Assembly (NCBI GenBank): GCA_964035575.1
Contig: OZ037846.1
Span: 372,001 to 436,000 of the forward strand
Length of the DNA: 64,000 nt
Source of the DNA: Rhynchopus sp. YZ270_cl-10
Taxonomy: Eukaryota
Direction: 5' to 3'
Shown: one piece after another, positions 27,489 to 36,237 of the stretch
Layout of the letters: each line of letters opens with the position of its first letter
Position numbering within the stretch: the first letter of the stretch is position 1
Position numbers and translations under genes: made by a program
Notes under the pieces: generated by a model
Database searches by the model: none
What the model was told of the DNA's origin: nothing
The model's input: only the letters and a program-made list of their open reading frames with translations

Positions 27489-28042
27489 TGAAAAACACCA
27501 AAACGCTGTTCACAATAATGAACGATAATTTATGTGTGAGAGATGGGGAGCACGGGAGGGAAAAAACGACTCGTGGATACTGAAAAATTTCACTGGAAAT
27601 GCACACATTCAGGCCCTTAGGGTGGTACTTTTTGCTGGTCAGCGGACCAGCAACCTAGGTATTGCTGGTCCGGGTCTAAAAAAAAATAATAACAATAGAT
27701 TTTTTTTGAGATTTTTTTTTGAGAATCCCACCAGAACAGTCGGGTGTGTCACAGATGCAGAGACCCTGGGGGCTCAAGGGTACACCGTGGGAGACCAGAA
27801 CGCGACTCAATTGGTCAAACGCCGAAGGAAAAGGAAGCATGGATGCAGCATGGCGAAATATTGTTTCATATACTAACTATTCTACTGAATAGATGGTATA
27901 ATAGGGTGCACTAAATGTACCCAAACTTTTTTTTTTTACTTTATGTGGATTGTTTGTTTCTGATAGTGACGTGACTCGTTTTTTTATGTTTTTTTTTTGG
28001 AAAAGAAAGTTTCATGTACCCATTAATAAAAGTCCGTGAGGT

Positions 28043-28196
28043 TACAGCCAGTAAAATTTACCTCTTAAAAATAGCATTATCCTCGTTGGTACGGATTATA
28101 TGGGCTGACAATAAAAAGGAGATGGATACAGCCAGTACATTTTACCTCTCCATTAAATGTAGCATTATCCATATAAATACAGATTCTGGGCTGACA
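28043..28196 (-). repeat. Two diverged tandem copies (28043-28110 and 28127-28196) of a ~70-nt putative structured RNA motif
   Basis: Conserved minus-strand blocks UGUCAGCCCA, AAUCYGUA, GGAUAAUGCUA, AGAGGUAAA and UACUGGCUGUA, with variable loops between them. CAGCC/GGCUG closing stem and AUCY/GGAU hairpin in both copies. Confidence 0.6.
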
Positions 28197-28205
28197 CTCG
28201 TTTTA

Positions 28206-28278
28206 GTGGTTTCGAGCTGCCTGCTCCTAGACCACCTCGACAAAAACCCTGCGGCAGCAAACTCATCAGTAGGAGCAA
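28206..28278 (-). ncRNA. Hammerhead ribozyme-like motif (complete core, atypical strand order) downstream of the RT ORF
   Basis: Minus strand: UGCUCCUA-CUGAUGA-GUUUGCUGCC...GGUGGUC^UAGGAGCA-GGCAGCUC-GAAACCACU. Stem I is 8 bp. Stem III is ACCAC/GUGGU. Stem II is G-C plus GCUGCC/GGCAGC. GUC cleavage triplet present. Hammerheads are characteristic of Penelope-like elements. Confidence 0.65.
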
Positions 28279-28642
28279 GGGTTTAAAATATTGAGAGAAA
28301 CACAAACACGAGTTGGGAGGGATGGGAGGGATGGGGGTGAGGCGGGATGTTTGGACTATAGTTTTATCAAATTGACTTCTTCTTTGTTTTTCCAGGTTTT
28401 TTTTGGGGAAAAAGCAATGTTCTCTTTTTTTTTGTTTATTGATATTGTCCACAATATAACCAGTAATTCTCGAGACAATATCCTGTTTTTTTTGTTTTGT
28501 TTTGAAAAGCAAATAAAATCTTTTATTTTTTTTTATTTTTTTTTTTTTTTGAACGCTCTAAAATAAAAGTAAAAAGCTGTGAGATATTTCCCTGGGCTTC
28601 GTAGCTCGCCGCCCTAGCTGTAGTCTAACATATAGTTAGCTA

Positions 28643-31600
28643 CTATTTAATAGCGTCGAACACATGGATACCATGTGCCGAAAGCATGTGTCGTCCAATA
28701 TTTTTTTTTGTAATTTTTCTTCCGTCCCCTAGTTTAGTTTTGTTACATACCGGGCATTTTCCTTCAATGAGGTCTTCTTTTTTATACGTTTTTATTGTTG
28801 TTTGATTCTCTGTGTATTGAACGGGAAATGTTGGAAAGGTATTTTTTTGTTCTTGTAAAACAAGTGCTCTTAGTTCTTTGTCTGTTTTTTGTTTCTTCAG
28901 GTATCGTAGTGCAATGTTAGTAAAAACTTTTTTTTTTCTTTGTAAAAGGTCATCTTGTTGTTGGTCATAATGGTGTATGCTTTTTTTTGTAAAGTTGTAT
29001 AGTTTATACCCTACATCACTAAAGTGACGATAGGTTGTAGTAAAAAATTTACTAGCTGCTTGTATAAGGTATTTTCTTTGATGACCTCGTAATAGCATGT
29101 ACTTCATGATGTTGGCGATATCAAATTTTAGGTCCTCGATGTTGTTATTTATTCTTGTACTTCTCGTTAATTGTCCAATTACAATGCCTTTGGTGATGTG
29201 TAGTGGTTGTGCAGAGTTTGCAGCAGAGTATTTAATAGGTTTAAAAGAACCAAGTTGTTTCTCTTGTGTACCTATTCTTAGTATTTTCACTTCATCATCT
29301 TCGTCATTGTATGTTTCTATACTTATGAGAATACCGAGATACACGGTAGGTTCATCTACACATGTTTGACAGTACTCCATTTCGTATAGGCTTTGTGGTG
29401 GTGGTTCACCGGAAAAGGTTAGAAAATCATCAATATAGCGCGTAAGGTGGCGATATTTTTGTGCTTCTTCTATCTTTTTTTGTGCAATTAAATCTAAAAT
29501 AAAAGTCTTTTCAATTTGGAGGCAAAACGCGTTGGCAATATCAGGGGCAGCAGTACAGCCCATAGGAATTCCTTTGGTCTGTCTATACCACTCCTGTTTT
29601 TGCACATACGCAAAGTCTAAAACAAAGTGAATCATGTCTACAAGTTGTTCTTTTGTAAAAAATTGTTCTCCATCTTTGATATTCTTTTTTTCTTCAAAGA
29701 AAAAAGGTCTTTTTCTATCTCCTTTCCCAGACCTTACAAGAATAATTTCTTCTATGTTTGTTTTTTTTTTCCCGGCCACCCATAAAAAGGTATCGTTGAT
29801 CAGTTGTTTTAGTTCTTTTTTCAATTTTGTATGGCTGAGGTTAGTGTACATATTTTTAAAATCAAAAGTTTTTGGGTTCAATTGACTCAGTTCTTTTTGT
29901 CGTTGTTTCAGTCGAAGTGCTACTTCTTCTGAACTTTCGACAATAAAGAACCATGAGACTCTATGTTGTTCTATGGTCTCTTCGTTGATAGTTTTGTTTT
30001 TTGCAATAATAGTTTTGAGCATAACACTCAGAGTTTGTTGTGCGTGAGTCATGCAGTGGTGGTTCTTTTTTTTTTCATCTTCTTCATTTAATGGGCATTC
30101 TATAGTATTCCTATAGGTAGTACCCACTATAGGTCTCATGCTAACTGGGTTTTTGTGTAGTTTGACTGTTGCATAAAGGTATGGTAAAACGAAAGTGGTT
30201 TTGAATTTGTTTTTTTTGTTGAACATAATTATGTCCTTTACTATATCTTCTTGTGACGTCTGAATTTTTTGAAATGCATTCTCGATATGGTTGTTGAGGT
30301 ATTCGTGATATGCGTATTTACAAATGATTCCGAGGTCATGTGAGGTTTTATCCACTGGAACTATGATAAAGTCTTGCTGCAGTTTTTTTATTTCTCGGCG
30401 TACTACCTTTAGATTTTGTAGATCTGTAGGTGGTAAGTCTTTACAAATGGTGTTCATCATTTCTTGGTTAAGAATCTCTAAAAAATCTTTGTTTTCTTTT
30501 TTTTCCAAAGAGCCACAGTTTTTTCTAACGTACAGTATACAAGCTTGTTCAATTGCATCCATCATCTCTAGCTGGTTATCCTCAATTCTATACTTTCTAC
30601 CCATCTGGAATAGTATTTTGAGTTCCTTAGAAATGAAAGTTGCATTTTTTGCAAGCTCGCATGCATGTCCGTTAAATGTAAAACTAGTTTTTTCTTTGGT
30701 TTGAAAGCATGGGCAGACATGTTGGTCTTCTTTTTTTTTAAAAATATCACAGCTCTCTTTGGTGAAATTACAAAAAATGGTACCTATAGGTTTTTTAAGC
30801 CTGTAGGTAACTCTTGGTTTCTCGAGTATCTCTTTTTTTGGGCACGCTTGAATAATGTGCTGCTTTCTAAAAACTTGGGCAATGTTGTTTTGGTTAAAAC
30901 CTCTGTTGTTGAACTCTATTATGAATTTTGAGCTCGCAATATATTGTTTTCTTTTTGTTTTGATATCTTCAATTTTTATTTCGTTTATTCTTTGTGTGAT
31001 CTTCTTCTCTAGTATTTTTACCTTTTCTGTATACAAATTCCCCACCAGATATATTCTCATCCATTTTTTTGTTCTCATGCACCAATTTTTTGACCACGTA
31101 ACAACAGAGTATTTTTTCAAATCTTGTTTTGTTTTGTTTAAAAGTGAATTGAGTTTTGATCTTATGCCATAGTATCTGTTTTGTTTTGTTTCTTTTTTTA
31201 TATTGATCTGGACTTCACCGTCTTCAATTTTAGCCCAAATTGGAGGTGTGAAATCTTCTTCTTTGTTTCTCCAATTATTTCTTTTGTTTGGGGGGGGTCT
31301 TTTTTGTTTTCTGTTTGGTCTTTGTCTTTTTTTGTTGCGTCTAGGGATATCTGCTTCAGTAAGCGGTGGTTGTGCTTTATTACATTTCAATTTGAAATGT
31401 TTAATCCATGTGCCTTCTGCGACATCCGCGCTTCGTTGAAAATCTTTTGCATTCGTATAAGTATGAGAGGGTATTACCTCCAACACCGCCGGATACAATG
31501 GTCTTCTTCTTTCTTTTAAAAAGTATGCAATACGCATTGTTTTGTACTTGTATTTGCATTGCTCAAAATGTTGTTTTGCACGCTCTTGTGCTGTACAGGA

Positions 31601-32629
31601 GGTTTTTCCTACATATACAGGTGATCCTTTTTCATCCACGAGACAATATATAACACCATGAGTGTCTATTGATTTGTTTTGAGTATCGGTAAGTTTTCTT
31701 TTTGCAAGACCTTTTTTTATCGCATCTTTGTTTTTTTCGTAAAATAGGGTTCGTACTTGATCTCCTTCTTTTCTCCATTGATCGACATCAATTGTCCATG
31801 ATTTTTGTTCATCGGCAATCTGTTGTCTTATTTTTTTTAAAAAAGGCTCAAGCTGTATTCTTTGAAATTCTTCTTCCATTTTTAGTATTTGTTTTTTTTG
31901 TATTTTTTGCTCGTCTGCTTTTTTTATGATATGATGGAGTCTTTGTTTATTTTCAACAAGTTGTTCTCTTTGTTCTTTTTTTTTGGCTTGTAAACGTGCT
32001 AAACTCACTGTATGTCTTACATTTAACATATTCATTTCGAAAAGATGTTCTTCTTCTTCTTTTTTAGCTTGTTGTTTACACCATGATATTTCGCTTTGTA
32101 GCTCTATATTTTTGTTTTTTTGTTCTTCAATTTCTTTTTTCCAATGTTCGTATTGTCTAGCGTGTCTATTGTACATATTTATTGTTCTTGTAGTTATTCT
32201 CTGGCTCAAAGTATAGCTATGTCTTAGATGATTCGCTTGACGTCGATACGATTCAGCTCGTCTCTCACTTCTTCTTAAAGATGTACTGAGTTGTTCATAT
32301 GACATTGGAGGGTTAGACTGTACGGAAGAAAATTCCGTAGTTGTAGCGCTAAAGGGGGTAGGAGGAAGGGGAATCTCGTGGGGGAGGGGAGGTGGCGTTC
32401 GGGGTGGGGAGTCACTATCATGCGAGTTAGGGGGTTGTGTATCATGGTTTGTAGTAAAAGTTGAACCGGCCGTTGACGATGGCGCCGAGTTCTCGCCCTC
32501 GGTTTTTCCAAAAGTAGGTAGTAGATTTTTACAGGTCAATAAGACTCCCCAGGCCTTATCAACCTGGCTCGCTTTTTTTTTATAGAATGCACTGAGCTGC
32601 TTCTGGTAGGCTTTTCCGTTGCATACCAT
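28643..32629 (-). CDS. Penelope-like element polyprotein (Naiad/Chlamys type): coiled coil, N-terminal GIY-YIG endonuclease, reverse transcriptase, C-terminal C2H2-like finger, about 1328 aa
   Basis: GIY-YIG motif GVIYCL...VYVGKT...ERAKQH precedes the RT. Naiad-like linker CPC...GHA...GRKYR and VPVDK....ICK..Y. RT motifs KLHKNPVSMRPIV, FDFKNMYTNL, YRQTKGIPMG..AAPDIAN and RYIDD. C-terminal CPVC...HMLSAH. First ATG is 32629; the frame stays open to about 32752. Confidence 0.92.
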   Translation of the reverse strand: MVCNGKAYQKQLSAFYKKKASQVDKAWGVLLTCKNLLPTFGKTEGENSAPSSTAGSTFTTNHDTQPPNSHDSDSPPRTPPPLPHEIPLPPTPFSATTTEFSSVQSNPPMSYEQLSTSLRRSERRAESYRRQANHLRHSYTLSQRITTRTINMYNRHARQYEHWKKEIEEQKNKNIELQSEISWCKQQAKKEEEEHLFEMNMLNVRHTVSLARLQAKKKEQREQLVENKQRLHHIIKKADEQKIQKKQILKMEEEFQRIQLEPFLKKIRQQIADEQKSWTIDVDQWRKEGDQVRTLFYEKNKDAIKKGLAKRKLTDTQNKSIDTHGVIYCLVDEKGSPVYVGKTSCTAQERAKQHFEQCKYKYKTMRIAYFLKERRRPLYPAVLEVIPSHTYTNAKDFQRSADVAEGTWIKHFKLKCNKAQPPLTEADIPRRNKKRQRPNRKQKRPPPNKRNNWRNKEEDFTPPIWAKIEDGEVQINIKKETKQNRYYGIRSKLNSLLNKTKQDLKKYSVVTWSKNWCMRTKKWMRIYLVGNLYTEKVKILEKKITQRINEIKIEDIKTKRKQYIASSKFIIEFNNRGFNQNNIAQVFRKQHIIQACPKKEILEKPRVTYRLKKPIGTIFCNFTKESCDIFKKKEDQHVCPCFQTKEKTSFTFNGHACELAKNATFISKELKILFQMGRKYRIEDNQLEMMDAIEQACILYVRKNCGSLEKKENKDFLEILNQEMMNTICKDLPPTDLQNLKVVRREIKKLQQDFIIVPVDKTSHDLGIICKYAYHEYLNNHIENAFQKIQTSQEDIVKDIIMFNKKNKFKTTFVLPYLYATVKLHKNPVSMRPIVGTTYRNTIECPLNEEDEKKKNHHCMTHAQQTLSVMLKTIIAKNKTINEETIEQHRVSWFFIVESSEEVALRLKQRQKELSQLNPKTFDFKNMYTNLSHTKLKKELKQLINDTFLWVAGKKKTNIEEIILVRSGKGDRKRPFFFEEKKNIKDGEQFFTKEQLVDMIHFVLDFAYVQKQEWYRQTKGIPMGCTAAPDIANAFCLQIEKTFILDLIAQKKIEEAQKYRHLTRYIDDFLTFSGEPPPQSLYEMEYCQTCVDEPTVYLGILISIETYNDEDDEVKILRIGTQEKQLGSFKPIKYSAANSAQPLHITKGIVIGQLTRSTRINNNIEDLKFDIANIMKYMLLRGHQRKYLIQAASKFFTTTYRHFSDVGYKLYNFTKKSIHHYDQQQDDLLQRKKKVFTNIALRYLKKQKTDKELRALVLQEQKNTFPTFPVQYTENQTTIKTYKKEDLIEGKCPVCNKTKLGDGRKITKKNIGRHMLSAHGIHVFDAIK

Positions 32630-33659
32630 AAACGGACACACTTTTTTTTTGGTGGTTACAGTGTCATTAACCCGCTTTAAATAACCTACTTGCTCACCCT
32701 TGTTATTTCTATCATTTTTTTGTTGTCTCTTTTTTTGCTTTTTTGTTTTGTTTTACTTTTTCTTTTTTTTTTACTTCTTCCTTCTTTTTGAAAATACTCC
32801 GTGCAAAACTGACAGTACTGCTGTCTTGTCAGCTGCGAAATAAAAAAAAATAGCGTACCGTACGCCTGCGGCGCAATCTTGCCAACCCACCTTCCTATGA
32901 CATAGTTTGACAGTTAAAATGTGCCATTTTAAGGGAATTTTTTTGAAATCTTGCGTACCGTGGTTTCGCCTGGAACCTTTGGGTGCCATGACCGCCGCTT
33001 CTTTTATAGATGTACTGAGGTTACTGATAAGAAGGCTGACACCCACTACGGCTCGCGGTTCACCCTCCCCACCCGCCTTTCACGATTTTGTGCATCAGAG
33101 GGGAGAAAGCGCGTCACCTCCCTGCAGTGGCAGGGAGTCTTTTTTTACCACTGTGTGCTTTTCACCTGTTTTTTGCATTGACCAGCAAACCGGGTTTGGA
33201 CCAGCAGTTGGCGGCTACCCCCCTGACCACCCTAAGGCCCTGGCACACATGTCTTATAAAAACATAAAAAGTGAATTTCATAACCACACCAAAACCATAC
33301 CAAAATAAAAATAAAAATGCAGGAGGTCACTGTCCAATGCATAGCTTCGACAGCGACACTCCGGCGGCGCGAAAGACGCCCCCTCATCACCCCCCACAAG
33401 AAAAAGTCTAGGGTACTGTAGACACGCAACACAGATTCTGAAGCTCAAAGAACCAACGACTCTATAATATTCGACTCACACACTTCGCTGCACATTCGCT
33501 AGATGTGACACTGTACACCTGTTGCTTGGTGTTGAATAACGTCGCCTTTGTGCTGCAGAAACACAGAAACACAGAGACTGATGCAGAGATGTATCACAAC
33601 GACGTCGTGCACTCTCGTTGGGTAAGTGCCAGATGTAAATCTGAGCAAACACAACAGTG

Positions 33660-35396
33660 CTACTTCACGGAACACATCTGAGAGCAACACACAACACTGC
33701 ACGTCCCAGAAGGAACTGCGTGTGCTGGTGTGCCAACCCCTCCCGCAGCTGTCCATGCCTCAGCAACATCAAGGTCAGACTGCTCACCACGCAGGTACCC
33801 ACGCACGGCAATGTTGTACTCCTCCCAATGCTTCTCCCCACCTATCATGTACATCCACTCGTCAACTGCTTCTTCTGCATCACTCAACTGAGACATCACT
33901 TCCGCCACAACCTGTGCCTCACAACCAGAGGCAACCTCCACCTTGCACGGAAGCAGACGCAGCTGGTGTTCGCACTCAGCATCGCTGAAGCATATCCTGT
34001 TGCACACCACATCACACCCCAGCATACGCCCCACACGTTCCAGACCGTTCACATCACGCACAAGCTCCCCCACCATGCTGAACCGACGCATCACCTCACA
34101 ACCCATGTCACCACGCAGCACCTTCCCAGTCGCAACACCAGCATTCACCTTCTCACAAAAGCTGCTCGCACCCTTCAGAAGCAGGCTTGCTGCATGCAGT
34201 GCAGATGTGGCATGTGTCGCACACTGCTTCGAGGCGTTGAACGAACAGTGGATCCTGTCCCCGATGAACACGTCCACCATCCCACGTCTTGTCTCTGTTG
34301 CCTGCAGGGTCTTCAGGAGGAGAGTGGTGAAGAAAGAGGAGTAGGTCGCACTGTCCTTCTCCAGCAAATGCAGGGTGTTCTTCACGTTCAGTGTCAGCAG
34401 GGTTGTCATGACCGAGGACAGACCCAGTGGCAGGCACACTGGCATGGTCTCAAGTCTGCAATTAGAGGACTCTGTGGATGCGTCTGTTGTCTCTGTCAGG
34501 TCATCGTGCTCACTGCTCCCTGCGCATGTTCTCTCCACCTCATCCTGAAAAGGCAGACACGTCTTCGGGAGGTACGCTTTGTACATGCGCAGGTTCTTCT
34601 CCAGTCTCCACAAGGCAGCAGTCATCCCCTCAGGCAGGTCACCCCCATGCACGTCCAGCATCTCCGCCACCTGCTCCACGTCGTACCCCGCAAGAAGCGA
34701 CGCAATCTCCTGCACAACGCTGATCGTGCGCCTCATTGACTCCTGCTCCTTCAGCAAATTGTGCGCAAACCTGCGTGTCACGAAGAAGTCGATCAGGAAG
34801 ACAGCAAGAGTGGAAGTCAAGTTAATTGGGGGAAATGGTGTCTTGCAGGGCAAGAACTCACAGTTTACCCTTTCTGTAACAACCGCTCTCCTGCTGTGTT
34901 CACCTTCGTACGGCAACAACCCAGGAAGGTCAAACAAACCAAACCTGAAGGATTCCTCACATGCCATCAGGAGAAGCCACACCATTGTCGCACCCACGAA
35001 ACCTGCACTGTACCGTGATGGGACTTGCATCACAAGCAACATGTCCACAACCACGATGAGAAGTGGCCAGCCAACAAAACCATAAGTACGTGCATCCAAA
35101 TCCCACATGAAGATTCCAATGCCAGCGATGTACATAACGCCCACCACAAACGTGGTGTGCAGTTGCTGCTTGCAGAGCACCTTAACAATGGGAACAGACG
35201 CAACTGTAACGACTATGCAAGATCCGAGCTCGTTAACTATCCGGTATTGCACGTCGGTCCTCCCCTGATGAAAAACAGAAAAAGCCAGGGTAGATACTAC
35301 TGAAACCACACAGAACACAAACATGATGGTGCGCTTCTTCACCTCGTCAGCACTGAGAGACCCGTCAATGGTCAGTGCGCTGTTCAGGCACCGCAT
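33660..35396 (-). CDS. Multi-pass membrane cyclase-like protein, paralog 2
   Basis: Same architecture and near-identical cyclase-like domain to paralog 1. ATG at 35396. Confidence 0.8.
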   Translation of the reverse strand: MRCLNSALTIDGSLSADEVKKRTIMFVFCVVSVVSTLAFSVFHQGRTDVQYRIVNELGSCIVVTVASVPIVKVLCKQQLHTTFVVGVMYIAGIGIFMWDLDARTYGFVGWPLLIVVVDMLLVMQVPSRYSAGFVGATMVWLLLMACEESFRFGLFDLPGLLPYEGEHSRRAVVTERVNCEFLPCKTPFPPINLTSTLAVFLIDFFVTRRFAHNLLKEQESMRRTISVVQEIASLLAGYDVEQVAEMLDVHGGDLPEGMTAALWRLEKNLRMYKAYLPKTCLPFQDEVERTCAGSSEHDDLTETTDASTESSNCRLETMPVCLPLGLSSVMTTLLTLNVKNTLHLLEKDSATYSSFFTTLLLKTLQATETRRGMVDVFIGDRIHCSFNASKQCATHATSALHAASLLLKGASSFCEKVNAGVATGKVLRGDMGCEVMRRFSMVGELVRDVNGLERVGRMLGCDVVCNRICFSDAECEHQLRLLPCKVEVASGCEAQVVAEVMSQLSDAEEAVDEWMYMIGGEKHWEEYNIAVRGYLRGEQSDLDVAEAWTAAGGVGTPAHAVPSGTCSVVCCSQMCSVK

Positions 35397-35906
35397 CGTT
35401 GGGCTTTTGATCCTCACAAACCTTTGCTATGTGTGGAGCAGGGGTGTGTGGATGTGTGTTGTGTGCACTGGTGGGTGGTGTGGTTAATGTCAGGTTAATA
35501 ACGATAGGCAATTCTCCTCTTGCTGCTCCTCTGAGGACCCACGACACCACATGCCAGCGTGATGTGGTAAAAACGATGACATGTACCACATATCACGACA
35601 TGTGAAATGACATGTACCACAGGTCATTATGACATGCTAGCTCACACATCATTGTGGCACGATACTGACATGAGGGGTGCACTTTAGAACACGGAGGGGG
35701 GCTGGGACAAAAATATGGGGAAGACTGCTGCCTCTTTTTGAGAATCTGTTGGATGATGTGCTGCTTACGACGCAAAAGGCGTCACTTTCCAAAATATTGG
35801 TTTTACAGCAACACCCCGGCGGCACTAGAGCCACCCCCCTCACCACCCCACAAGAAAAAGGCTAGTATACTCTACACTCATTCCCCCCCCCTCTGCTTCC
35901 AACACA

Positions 35907-36146
35907 CACGGCGGTGAAGTCAATGACATGACATGTGCTTTTACATGTAAAATGACATGTGAAAAGTGACATGTGACATGTAAAATGACATATGAAATGA
36001 CGTGAAATGACATGTGAAACACATGACATTTTTACGGCCAATATACGTTACCGCACATGTCATTTTACATGTAAAATAACACGTGTTTCACATGTAAAAA
36101 AAGTTACATGGTAAGCACATGTCATGTCATTGACTTCACCGTCGTG
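35907..36146. mobile_element. 240-bp MITE with CAC...GTG ends (CACTA/CMC-like), 2-bp TSD
   Basis: 34-bp TIR CACGGCGGTGAAGTCAATGACATGACATGTGCTT with 1 mismatch, flanked by CA on both sides. The interior is rich in ACATGT repeats. Confidence 0.8.
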
Positions 36147-36237
36147 CACTCATGAGGAAATGACACAATGGTGTACACCTCGTAGAGCACATGTTGCAAC
36201 ACATCCTCACCCCCCCCCCCACCCCACCCAAACACCC

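Larger units (their letters stand above)
27610..33242. mobile_element. 5.6-kb hAT-like TIR element without transposase, carrying a Penelope-like retroelement
   Basis: 17-bp TIR CAGGCCCTTAGGGTGGT / ACCACCCTAAGGCCCTG with 1 mismatch. GACCAGCA subterminal motifs at both ends. GCACACAT duplicated at 27601-27608 (plus one extra T) and 33243-33250. A paralogous empty site lies at about 46700 (gaaat-gcagatat-gcctt). Confidence 0.8.

Noticed and set aside
28560..28643. SECIS/selenoprotein recoding as reported for some Naiads
   Set aside because: The ORF has no in-frame TGA and ends in TAG TAG, and no SECIS core was recognised.
33064..33106. Second hammerhead at the 5' side of the RT (CUGAUGCAC...GUGAAAGG)
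   Set aside because: A9 is absent, there is no stem III or NUH site, and the copy at about 59985-60020 lacks the putative stem II.
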